In this document: positions 30,340 to 39,785 of the stretch, piece by piece | Numbering within the stretch: position 1 is the stretch's first letter | Layout of the letters: each line of letters begins with the position of its first letter | From: Thermodesulfobacteriota bacterium | Lineage (GTDB): Bacteria > Desulfobacterota > Desulfarculia > JACQYL01 | Direction: 5' to 3' | DNA: 64,000 nt | NCBI GenBank assembly: GCA_963675595.2 | Contig: CAXXLZ010000002.1 | Span: 1,920,001-1,984,000, forward strand | The notes under the pieces: generated by a model | Databases searched by the model: none | Seen by the model: only the letters and a program-made list of their open reading frames with translations | Told to the model about the DNA's origin: nothing | Program-made: the position numbers and the translations under genes

Positions 30340-32400
30340 TCATCTCGACACCTTCAGCAGCTTGGCGTTCACCGCCACGATGACCGTGCTGAGGGACATG
30401 AGGATCGCACCCATGGCCGGAGACAGCAGCACGCCGTAGCTGAAGAGGACGCCGGCGGCCAGGGGTATGGCCACGGCGTTATATCCGGTGGCCCAGATGA
30501 GGTTCTGCACCATCTTGCGGTAGGTGGCCCGAGCCAAGGTGAGGACGGATACCACGTCCAGGGGATTGCTCCTCACCAGCACGATATCCGCCGTCTGGAC
30601 GGCCACGTCGGTTCCCGCTCCCACCGCGATGCCCACGTCGGCCTGAGCGAGGGCAGGGGCGTCGTTCACTCCGTCGCCGGTCATGGCCACGATCAGGCCC
30701 CTCGATTGCACCTCCTTCACCTTCTTGGCCTTTTCATCGGGCAAGACTTCCGCGAAATATTCGTCGAGGCCGACCTCGGAAGCGACCCATTGGGCGGTCG
30801 GTTGGTTGTCTCCGGTGAGCATCATGCAGCGGATTCCCATTTCTTTGAGTTCGGCCACGGCCCGGGCGGATTCCTCCCGGATCTGATCGGCCAGGGCCAG
30901 CGCGCCCTTCGGTTCTCCGTCAACCAAAACGAAAACCACGGTCTTGCCCTGCGAGTTGAATTCCTCGATCCGCTCATCGTCCACACTCAAGTCGTTTTCC
31001 CGCAGGTATCCGGGGCTCACGACCTTGATCTTCTTGCCGTCCACCTCGCCTTGCGCCCCTTTTCCGGGAATCGCCTCGAAATCTTTCAGGTTGCCTTTGT
31101 CGTCGGAGGCTTCGGCCACCGCTCGGGCGATGGGATGTTCGGAACGGGCTTCCACCGTGGCCGCATACCGGAGAAGAGTCTTTTCGTCCATGTCTTGGGA
31201 AAAGGTCACCGTATCCGACAGGCCGAATGCGCCCTGCGTCAACGTGCCCGTCTTATCGAAAATGACCGCCTGGATATTTCTTCCTCGTTCGAAGGCGGCG
31301 CGATCGCGGATGAGCAAGCCGTTCTTGGCCGACAGGGCCGTGGACACGGCTACGACCAGCGGAACCGCCAAACCTAAGGCGTGGGGACAGGTGATCACCA
31401 TCACGGTGACGGTACGCTCCAGGGAAAAGGCGAAATCGCGATCCACCAGAAAAAACCATACGAACAGAGTGATCGCGCCGCAACCCAGGGCGAGCACGGT
31501 GAGCCACAAGGCCGCCGTGTTCGCCAAGTCCTGGCTCCTGGATTTGCTCTGCTGGGCTTCCTCCACCAGATCGATCATTTGGGAAAGAAACGAGTCCTTG
31601 CCGGTCTTCTCCACTTCGGCGGTCACGGAACCCTGCTCATTGATGGAGCCGCCGATGAGTTTCGACCCCACGGCTTTTTCGACGGGTTTGGATTCCCCGG
31701 TGAGCATGGATTCGTTCACCGAAGTCTCCCCCTCCACGACCTCTCCATCCACCGGAATCTTCTCCCCCGGTTTGATCAGCACGCGGTCCCCCGGCTCCAA
31801 TTCCTCGATGGGCACGTCCTCGCTTTCTCCGTCGGCCGACACCTTGTGGGCGTCGGAAGGCATGAGACTCGCCAACTCCTCCAAAGCTCGCGAAGCGCCC
31901 ATGACGGACTTCATCTCGATCCAGTGTCCCAGGAGCATAATATCGATCAGCGTGGCCAGCTCCCAGAAGAAGACTTTTCCGCTGAGCCCGAAAACCACCA
32001 CGCTGCTGTAGCCATAGGCCGTGGCGATCGCCACGGCGATGAGCGTCATCATGCCCGGTTGGCCGGATTTCAGTTCGTCGAACAACCCCTTGAGAAAGGG
32101 AAATCCGCCGTAGAAAAACACGAAGGAGGACAGGCCCCAAAGCAAATAGGCGTCTCCGGAAAACTTCAGGGACTCCCGGAGCCCGGCGAAACTTTGAAGC
32201 ATGGGAGAAAGAAAAAGAATGGGGAGACTGACCGCAAGGGAAATCCGGAATCGCTTCCGAAAATCGGCCACCATGTGGGCATGATGGTCTTGATGGTGAC
32301 CCTCATGTTCTCCGTGCTTCGCATGTTCGCCGCTCTCATGGCCGCTCCGCCGCTTCTTTTGCTCTTCTCCTTCATGGTGCTCATGTTGGGAATGGTTCAT
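30340..32400 (-). CDS. copB: Copper-translocating P1B-3 type ATPase
   Basis: His-rich N-terminus, TGES, CPH, DKTGT, GDGVND, YN and MSLST motifs. Confidence 0.92.
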   Translation of the reverse strand: MNHSQHEHHEGEEQKKRRSGHESGEHAKHGEHEGHHQDHHAHMVADFRKRFRISLAVSLPILFLSPMLQSFAGLRESLKFSGDAYLLWGLSSFVFFYGGFPFLKGLFDELKSGQPGMMTLIAVAIATAYGYSSVVVFGLSGKVFFWELATLIDIMLLGHWIEMKSVMGASRALEELASLMPSDAHKVSADGESEDVPIEELEPGDRVLIKPGEKIPVDGEVVEGETSVNESMLTGESKPVEKAVGSKLIGGSINEQGSVTAEVEKTGKDSFLSQMIDLVEEAQQSKSRSQDLANTAALWLTVLALGCGAITLFVWFFLVDRDFAFSLERTVTVMVITCPHALGLAVPLVVAVSTALSAKNGLLIRDRAAFERGRNIQAVIFDKTGTLTQGAFGLSDTVTFSQDMDEKTLLRYAATVEARSEHPIARAVAEASDDKGNLKDFEAIPGKGAQGEVDGKKIKVVSPGYLRENDLSVDDERIEEFNSQGKTVVFVLVDGEPKGALALADQIREESARAVAELKEMGIRCMMLTGDNQPTAQWVASEVGLDEYFAEVLPDEKAKKVKEVQSRGLIVAMTGDGVNDAPALAQADVGIAVGAGTDVAVQTADIVLVRSNPLDVVSVLTLARATYRKMVQNLIWATGYNAVAIPLAAGVLFSYGVLLSPAMGAILMSLSTVIVAVNAKLLKVSR

Positions 32401-32403
32401 GTT

Positions 32404-33417
32404 TCACCTCTTATCTCTTGCTATGGATTCCCCTGCCCTTCCGCCGGAAACGGTTTCAGTTCCGCCCGCAGGCCATTCCAATTGAACGGTGGCGTGTTCG
32501 ATACCGAACCGCTCCTTCAAATGATGTTTTATCAGGGGTAACAGGCGGCGGGGGTCCGAGCCTTCCGACACGTCCACGTGAAGGGTCAGGAGAGGTGGTT
32601 GTTCGGGCGTGAGCACCCAGGCATGAATGTGGTGCACGTCCGTGACGTCCTCCACCGCATCCACCAGAGAGTCTCGTATAGCCCGCGTTTCAAAGGTTTC
32701 CGGGGTTCCTTCCATGAGGACGTGCGCCGATTTGCCGACGATTTTCCACGCACTCCGTGCGATCAACAGACCCACGAAGACCGATAAAAGTGGGTCCGCC
32801 GGATACCATCCGGTGGCCAAAATGATGCTGGACGCCGCAATGGCCGCGATGGAGCCCATCAGGTCGGCAAGAACGTGAAGCAAGGCGCCCTGCAGGTTCA
32901 GATTTTCGCGACTTCCTCGCCGAAGTACGGCAAAAACGATCAGATTGACCGCCAGCCCGGCGAAAGCCGTTCCCATCATGAGGCCGCCCAGGACCTCGAT
33001 GGGCTTCATGATCCGCTGAACCGCCTCGATGAAGATCCATCCCGATACCGCGAATAAAACCAACCCGTTGACAAAGGCCGCCAAAACCTGGGCTCGGTGG
33101 TACCCATAGCTTCTTGACTCGTCCGGCCGACGACGAGACAATCGGTAGGCCGCCAAAGCGATCCCCAAAGAGGCGGTATCCGTCAGCATATGCCCGGCAT
33201 CGGCCAGCAGGGCGAGGGAACCGGAGATCAAGCCTCCAGCGGTTTCCACAAGCATGAACCCGCCGGTGAGCGCCAGTGCCCATTTGATCCGGACCGCAAA
33301 TCGATTTTCCGAATCCATGGAGTGGTCGGAATGGCCCTCCGAAGTGCCCCTTTCACGGGGCCGAGGGCCCTCGGCTACGGGACAATCCGCTTTTCGACGA
33401 CTAAGGTTCTTCGCCAT
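32404..33417 (-). CDS. CDF-family Zn/Co/Cd efflux transporter (ZitB/CzcD-like)
   Basis: SLALLADAGHMLTD, LHVLAD and HATVQLE motifs. Confidence 0.92.
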   Translation of the reverse strand: MAKNLSRRKADCPVAEGPRPRERGTSEGHSDHSMDSENRFAVRIKWALALTGGFMLVETAGGLISGSLALLADAGHMLTDTASLGIALAAYRLSRRRPDESRSYGYHRAQVLAAFVNGLVLFAVSGWIFIEAVQRIMKPIEVLGGLMMGTAFAGLAVNLIVFAVLRRGSRENLNLQGALLHVLADLMGSIAAIAASSIILATGWYPADPLLSVFVGLLIARSAWKIVGKSAHVLMEGTPETFETRAIRDSLVDAVEDVTDVHHIHAWVLTPEQPPLLTLHVDVSEGSDPRRLLPLIKHHLKERFGIEHATVQLEWPAGGTETVSGGRAGESIARDKR

Positions 33418-33803
33418 ACGCCCCTCTCATCCGTGCGGCCGAGATACCCCTCAGCCCATCGGGAAACACCGGGTTTGCGTGCCGTCGAGCCGACGGTGTA
33501 GACTCTCCAACGAGGTTCCCAAGAGCCCGCATCGAATTCCCTTTTTCGACTATACGATTCGTGTCCTGCATTGTTCGAATAAAGAAAGTCCGCTACCGCC
33601 CATCAAGGGGACACGGTTTGGAGTACTCCGCAAGACACGGGAATTCTCTTCAATGCATGACAACGAGAACCGTCGTTTCCGACCGGCTTAAGGATCGGAG
33701 GAGCCGGAGAATGAACAAAGCGCGGGTTGGCGGCGATTAGGGGATAAGCATAGCCGTACTCCTTCCCGTTACCCATCGGGTGGGGAGTGTAAAACGCGAA
33801 AGG

Positions 33804-34880
33804 ATGACGGGTAGCCCCGTGGCAAATCAGACAAAAAGAGCCAGGCTTATGATCGTCGTCACGACGGTGTGCGTTATCAGCGGCCTCCACGTTGCCACCA
33901 AGCTGGGAATGACGCATTGGCACATCCTTTTTCGCGAGCTTTACTATCTTCCCATTATCCTTTCCGGACTCTGGTTCGGACTGAAAGGCGCGCTCGCCAC
34001 CTCCCTGAGTATTACGGCAGTGTATCTCCCGTTTTCCTTGTTGGTTTCAGACGTCTTTTCCTCACCCTTTTTCAACAACTTGATGGAAATGGTTCTCTAC
34101 AACGTAATGGCCGTGGTGCTGGGGCTTCTGTCGGACCGGGAAAAGGAACATCATAAGAAGATTCTGGATCTCGAGAGACTCGCGGCGATGGGAAAAGCCG
34201 TCTCCGCCGTGGCGCACGATTTCAGAGCACCCCTCATGGCTGTCGGAGGCTTCACCCTCTCCGTCCTGAAAAAGCTCGACCGGGAAGACCCCTCATACCG
34301 GAAATTGGAAATCGTGGTGAACGAAACCAGGCGCCTGGAAAACATGATCCGAGAGATGCTGGACTTCGCGAGACCCGTTGAACTTCACTGTAGAGCGGAA
34401 AGTGTGAACAACGTGATCATGGAATGCGTTTCCCTTTTGCAGACGCTTGCGGAGGAGCACATGGTGGCGTTTCACCTCGAACTCAACGACGGCATCGCTC
34501 CGTTTCATTTCGATCCCGAAAGAGTCAAACAAGCGCTGATCAACCTGATGGTCAACGGCATTCAGGCATCGCCGCAAAAAGGTTTCGTACTCATTGGAAC
34601 CTCGATGCTCGAAGACCATGTTCTGGTGGAAATCAGCGACTCGGGTCCGGGCGTACCGGCGGAGAAAAGGGAGGAAATTTTCCAGCCTTTCGTTACCAAC
34701 AAGAAGGGCGGTACCGGACTCGGCCTTCCCATCGTGAAGAACATTTTGGATTCGCATGGGGGGAAAATTGAGTTGTCCGAAAGCCGATGCGGCGGGGCGA
34801 GCTTTCGGTTGTTTCTTCCCAGGAGAGAAGCCGTGGACACGGCCTCGGCGTCCGGAGTTGCTCCGGACGGCCCGGAATGA
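33804..34880 (+). CDS. Membrane sensor histidine kinase
   Basis: N-terminal TM block (ELYYLPI); AHDFRAPL H-box; N, DSGPG, F and GTGLGL boxes; start uncertain. Confidence 0.9.
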   Translation: MTGSPVANQTKRARLMIVVTTVCVISGLHVATKLGMTHWHILFRELYYLPIILSGLWFGLKGALATSLSITAVYLPFSLLVSDVFSSPFFNNLMEMVLYNVMAVVLGLLSDREKEHHKKILDLERLAAMGKAVSAVAHDFRAPLMAVGGFTLSVLKKLDREDPSYRKLEIVVNETRRLENMIREMLDFARPVELHCRAESVNNVIMECVSLLQTLAEEHMVAFHLELNDGIAPFHFDPERVKQALINLMVNGIQASPQKGFVLIGTSMLEDHVLVEISDSGPGVPAEKREEIFQPFVTNKKGGTGLGLPIVKNILDSHGGKIELSESRCGGASFRLFLPRREAVDTASASGVAPDGPE

Positions 34881-34990
34881 TTTTCCCGCAGGAAGACCGT
34901 TGGACTGCAGAGGGGAGGTGCATGGGCCGGCCCGACCCGCCGGCCCGAAGGCTCCGAAAGTCCGGTATTTCGCTTCCGGGAAGGTCCTGT

Positions 34991-35392
34991 TTATCTCACA
35001 AAAATATGCAGGGTGTCTTCCCCACTTTCGACTCGAAAAACGGGCACCGGCTTCTTGGCCGCGCCGGAGAGGAATTTCCCCTCATAGTCGTATTCGGACT
35101 TACCCACACTGCAGCATTGTACTGAGTGCCGTCCGGGTAAGGGGTCCAGGCGACGACCGCCCACGTGGGCGCATTTGTTGCGGAAGGCATGGAAAGCGCC
35201 GTCCTCCCCGTGGACCACGAGTACACGTTCGGGCAGCCCCTTGCCCTCCAGGCGAACCGCTCCCCCTTTGGGAATCAGCTCGGGGGCCTTGTTGAGATCG
35301 ATCTCCACCCGGCCGTTTTGATACCGCCACGCAGAATCCACCGACGGGACCTTTGTGCTGCAGATTCCCAAAATCCTCGAAAAGAACCCCAT
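34991..35392 (-). CDS. Rieske-like Fe-S domain protein
   Basis: AFRNKCAH first ligand motif, EYDYEGKFLSG and VFRVE strands; second motif atypical (CCS). Confidence 0.75.
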   Translation of the reverse strand: MGFFSRILGICSTKVPSVDSAWRYQNGRVEIDLNKAPELIPKGGAVRLEGKGLPERVLVVHGEDGAFHAFRNKCAHVGGRRLDPLPGRHSVQCCSVGKSEYDYEGKFLSGAAKKPVPVFRVESGEDTLHIFVR

Positions 35393-35532
35393 AGCCGACT
35401 CCTTCTGAGCATGTTGTTTCCGAATCTCTTCTTGCGGGACACGTAAGTTAAAAAACCGGTGGAGCAATGTTTAGCGCTTCAAGCGCCCCCAAAGAGCGCT
35501 CTCGGCAGTGATGCCGGCCCCCTCGGCCGCTT

Positions 35533-36435
35533 TCAAACCGCACGATAGACGGTTTCGCCGCTTCCGCCGTCCGTTACGACCAGCCCTTCATCGATGAGTT
35601 CCCGCAGCAAATGACGGATCATCCACTTCTCGAAATTCCGCTGTACTTGCAGAACGGGAAAGGAATTGTTGTAAATGGGAGAAATATCGAGCAATCGACG
35701 CTCGGTCATGTCTTCCGTCAGCGATTCCAGCAATTTTTGTCGCTGTCGTTCGATACCCTTTTCGTAGTCCTCCAAGGCCTCGGGGATGTTCTCGGCAATG
35801 GGAGGTTTGTGAGAGGAAAGGGCAACGGACGCATTCAGCCGACTCACGCGCCTGATGGATTCACGGAAGTCCCGAAGGCTGGATTCCCTGTGTCCATACC
35901 AGGGTCCGAAATTGCTGAGATCGAGATCGGACAGAAACAAGACGCGCCGTTCCTCCTCCCAAAAGCAGTAGTGATCGATGCAATGCCCGGGAGTGTAAAC
36001 AGCCTCCAGTTTGGCCGTCCCCGTATCGAAGACGTGACCGTGGCCGTAGCGAAAACTTGGCTTTTCCGGGGGACGAAAGCCCATGACCGAAGACACGAAG
36101 CCTTGCCACACGCGCCCCGTCTCCCCACCATCCAGGAAACGCTCCGCCAAAGAATCGAAATCATGCACTCCGGGAGGGGTTTCCACCGGAAACCACGTGC
36201 CCGTTTCTCGAAAAACGCGACTGCAGGACATGTGGTCCGGGTGGGAATGAGAGTGGACCACGATGTCGATCCGAATGTCTCGCTTCAGCGCCTTCAATCG
36301 CTCCAAGCCGCATCCCGTATCGACGAGGACCGTTGGGTCGCCCCTGACCAGCAGGCTGTGCGAATAAGGAAACCGGCCTTCTTTGTCACCCGGAACCAGG
36401 AAAATATCGTCCACGACTTCATGCAATTCCAACAA
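35533..36435 (-). CDS. Metallo-beta-lactamase fold hydrolase
   Basis: LVDTG, HSHPDH and TPGH motifs. Confidence 0.88.
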   Translation of the reverse strand: MLELHEVVDDIFLVPGDKEGRFPYSHSLLVRGDPTVLVDTGCGLERLKALKRDIRIDIVVHSHSHPDHMSCSRVFRETGTWFPVETPPGVHDFDSLAERFLDGGETGRVWQGFVSSVMGFRPPEKPSFRYGHGHVFDTGTAKLEAVYTPGHCIDHYCFWEEERRVLFLSDLDLSNFGPWYGHRESSLRDFRESIRRVSRLNASVALSSHKPPIAENIPEALEDYEKGIERQRQKLLESLTEDMTERRLLDISPIYNNSFPVLQVQRNFEKWMIRHLLRELIDEGLVVTDGGSGETVYRAV

Positions 36436-36494
36436 ACCGGAGGCTCCCGTTCAGCGGTTAACCGACAATGCCCTCTTTCAATGCTCCTCTTGGC

Positions 36495-38156
36495 CTACTC
36501 TTCGGTGGTGGAGAACAGTTCCCGCACGACGGATTGGTGAATCTTTTCTTTCCGGTTTCCGAACAATCGGGTGTTCACCTTTGCCTCTTCTTTTACCTCT
36601 TCCATGACGTAACGCAACAGAACTCGATCCCGGTCCTGTATGCGGTCCTTTTCGGCCTGGGAAGATAGTCGTGCGAGCACGGCAAAAAGCCCGTAGGTCG
36701 CCGTGCTCAGCCTGGTGATTCGCCTGAGGAGAAACTGGCGCTCTCCGATATGCTTCCCATGAACCAAGGCGCCCAGGCATAGCATTTTCTTCAGCGTCTT
36801 GGCGTTGGAGCGTGCGAGCCGAAACGCCTTTCGCAGTTCCCGATCCGCGAACCGTGACGGACGGAAGGCCCGCCTGTACGCGACCTTGAGCAGTTGCAGC
36901 GCTTTCGAAAAGAAGCCTTTTCCCTGCTCCCGCATCTTGTGGTCGAATTTCCTCAGGATGAAAAGCGGGGGGTAGATGGAATGAATTTCCGTGGTGCCCT
37001 CGAACACTGTGGCCACACGCATGTCCCTCAGCCTCTTTTCGTAGGGCTGCGTAGACAGGTAACCCGCTCCTCCGGCCACCTGTTGCGCGTCGTACAGCGT
37101 GTCCCAGGCTCGGGTGGTGCCGTAAAGTTTGCAGTGCGATGTTTCCACCGCCAGATCCAGCTTAGGCTGTTTCTCCAGCAGTTCCGCCGTGAAGTCGTTC
37201 ATTGCGGTACACACGAAGCTCCGAACTCGGGCCTGAACCAGCTTTTCCTGGATCAGCGGGAATTCCTTGATGGGACGTCCGAATTGGATCCTCGTTTCGG
37301 CCCGCTTCTTCATATCCTCCAAGGACTGGTCCATAAGGCCCGCCGAGGCCGCACCGAGTTTCAAGCGCCCGTAGTTGAGGATGGTCATGGCGATTTTGAA
37401 GCCCTCCCCCGGTTTTCCCACGAGATTCTCGGCCGGTACGCGCACATCCTTCAATTGGATGGACGCCGTGGAAGAAGCCTTCAGTCCCATTTTGGGCATA
37501 TCCGCACCGACCTCGACCCCTTCCCAATCACGATGGACGATGAACACCCCCATGTGTCCGGGTTTTTCGGGGTCCATCTGCGCGAAGATAGTGAACGCTT
37601 GGGCATAGTTGGCGTTGGTGATGTACGTCTTGCGACCGTTCAGGACGTAGTGAGTGCCTTCCTTGGACAATTCGGCGGTAGTCTCGATGTTTCTCGCGTC
37701 GGAACCTCGATCGGGTTCGGTAAGGCCGAAGCCGAGGATCATTCTCCCAATCGCGGCGGGTCTGAGGTATCGCTCCTTTTGGGCTTCATCGGCAAACAGC
37801 AGAAGCACTTTGCCGGCAAGGGAGGTATGGGCCATAAACACCAAGGCGGTGGACAGGTCCAGCTTCACCGCCTCCTCGATGAATTCCAGGTACTCCCGCA
37901 GATTGAAGCCCAATCCGCCGTAGATGATCGGCACGTTGATGCCGAAAAAACCCATCCTTCCCATCTCATCAAGCATTTCCGATGGAAGCCGACCCTCCTT
38001 TTCGAATCGGTCGGGATCATGCGTCTTCAACATGGTTCGATATTCGTTCAGGAGTTTTTCGAGCCTTGCCGAGGGTTCTCTCAGACGAAACGAGCGAAAC
38101 ACCTCTTCATTGAAAACTCCGAAATACAGGTCTTCCATGAAATAGGAAGAAGACAT
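36495..38156 (-). CDS. Acyl-CoA dehydrogenase family protein
   Basis: LTEPDRGSD, LNGRKTYITN, KMG, RIQFG and FEGTTEI motifs. Confidence 0.93.
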   Translation of the reverse strand: MSSSYFMEDLYFGVFNEEVFRSFRLREPSARLEKLLNEYRTMLKTHDPDRFEKEGRLPSEMLDEMGRMGFFGINVPIIYGGLGFNLREYLEFIEEAVKLDLSTALVFMAHTSLAGKVLLLFADEAQKERYLRPAAIGRMILGFGLTEPDRGSDARNIETTAELSKEGTHYVLNGRKTYITNANYAQAFTIFAQMDPEKPGHMGVFIVHRDWEGVEVGADMPKMGLKASSTASIQLKDVRVPAENLVGKPGEGFKIAMTILNYGRLKLGAASAGLMDQSLEDMKKRAETRIQFGRPIKEFPLIQEKLVQARVRSFVCTAMNDFTAELLEKQPKLDLAVETSHCKLYGTTRAWDTLYDAQQVAGGAGYLSTQPYEKRLRDMRVATVFEGTTEIHSIYPPLFILRKFDHKMREQGKGFFSKALQLLKVAYRRAFRPSRFADRELRKAFRLARSNAKTLKKMLCLGALVHGKHIGERQFLLRRITRLSTATYGLFAVLARLSSQAEKDRIQDRDRVLLRYVMEEVKEEAKVNTRLFGNRKEKIHQSVVRELFSTTEE

Positions 38157-38196
38157 GGTCGACGCTCCTTGCGGTTCCTATCTCTCTTTCGTGGGC

Positions 38197-39318
38197 TCAC
38201 AAATCCAAGGTTCCATCAGACTTAAAAAACAGGGTACGACCGTGATCCAGATGGATCAAGCGGTCTCCCATGGCTTTTTCTTCCATTTCACGACGCATCA
38301 GCAGGGGGGGGTAATGAACGGGTTCATCGCCCAGCCGGAAGGTACCCCAATGTACGATGGTCATGAAGGAGGCGCCGAGGTCTCTGAAAGCCGTTGCCGT
38401 TTCAGCGGGGTTCATGTGGCTTCCCGACATGAACCATCGGGGTTCGAACGCTCCCAGGTTGAACACCGCCAAATCTATGGGAGCCTGCCTCCCCAGCTCT
38501 TGATACCCATCAAAATACGCCGCGTCTCCAGAGATGAAAACCGTCGGACCGGCGGCGGTCTGAAGCAGGAATGATCCCCAAAGAGAATCGTTGGGGCCGT
38601 TCAAGGGGTTTCGCATGGTCCAATGACTGCAGGGAAGCAGCGTAACCTTTCTTCCATCGTTGCCGTAGGAATCGAACCAATCCAACCGGGTTCGATTTTC
38701 CATGGAAAGGTCGTGAAACACCGGGTCGTAGCCCAAAGGACTGATCACGTGGGTGGACGGGGACATCCGCTTCAGCGATGCCGTGTCGAGATGATCGAAA
38801 TGCCCGTGGGTGATCAGAATATGATCCGGAATCGGCATTTCATCGAGGTTGAATGCCAACGGAGTGAAGTCCTTGACGAATCCGAAGGGTCCTTGAAACA
38901 CCGGGTCCACCAGGAAGCCGCAATCTCCGTCTTTGATGAACAAACAAGAGTGCTTAACAAAGGTGACGCTCAACCCCTTGTGTTGGTTGACCCGGTTCCA
39001 GTCCACCCGGACCTGTTTCACGGACTCATCGTTATAGAATTCCTTGAACTCATTCTTGTTGAGCAGCTTCCACCGGAGTAATCGCCACAGGTTGCCATAG
39101 GTCTGGTTCGAGAAAGGATTGACGAACCGATTACCGGAATGGTGGAGCTTTCGCTCCGCCGCTTCGCGCAAGTTCATGGGAAGCGTCTTTACGAAAGGGT
39201 TGCCGCCCGGAGACGGATCGAGAGTCCCCTGGACGAAGTTCGAGGAAAAGGCCAACGGCGCCAGACAACTTTGAAAGGTTGCGGCCATGAGTGTGGTGAG
39301 AAAAGAGCGACGTTTCAT
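38197..39318 (-). CDS. Tat-exported MBL-fold hydrolase (RomA/NAPE-PLD-like)
   Basis: KRRSFL twin-arginine signal; THGHFDHLD, SHW, HMNP and HWGTF motifs. Confidence 0.88.
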   Translation of the reverse strand: MKRRSFLTTLMAATFQSCLAPLAFSSNFVQGTLDPSPGGNPFVKTLPMNLREAAERKLHHSGNRFVNPFSNQTYGNLWRLLRWKLLNKNEFKEFYNDESVKQVRVDWNRVNQHKGLSVTFVKHSCLFIKDGDCGFLVDPVFQGPFGFVKDFTPLAFNLDEMPIPDHILITHGHFDHLDTASLKRMSPSTHVISPLGYDPVFHDLSMENRTRLDWFDSYGNDGRKVTLLPCSHWTMRNPLNGPNDSLWGSFLLQTAAGPTVFISGDAAYFDGYQELGRQAPIDLAVFNLGAFEPRWFMSGSHMNPAETATAFRDLGASFMTIVHWGTFRLGDEPVHYPPLLMRREMEEKAMGDRLIHLDHGRTLFFKSDGTLDL

Positions 39319-39785
39319 TCTTAACCGTTTATGGGGTTTTGAGGGTATTTAGCGGATTTCACGACTTGAGGCAAGGGGAAGCCGGGCGTGGTCCATCCGG
39401 AACGAGCCCTGCTGAACTGCAGCGTGGAGCAAACCTGCGAGTCTGGAGAAGCGTTTCACGGATGGAGCAAAAGAACGATTCGTCCACCGGAGGAGGATTG
39501 TATTCCCTTTTTTCTCGGGGCAGCTCGTTCCGTGTACGCCGATCCTTGGGATCATCACCACCCGCGGATCACGGCTGTTATCCGTCCCGCGGCAACCGAC
39601 ATGGTTCCAATGGATTACCGGGAATGCCGTGCGGAATGACAATCAGGGAGGAAATGGGAAGAAGTGGAAGAGGAGCACCCCGGCACACCCTCCGTGGTCC
39701 GGGATGGTGCCGAACTCAAGATCGGAGCCGGCGGGGTCCGGGCCTTTTCACAGACCTCAAACCCACGCCGGGAATCGCCTCTCGG

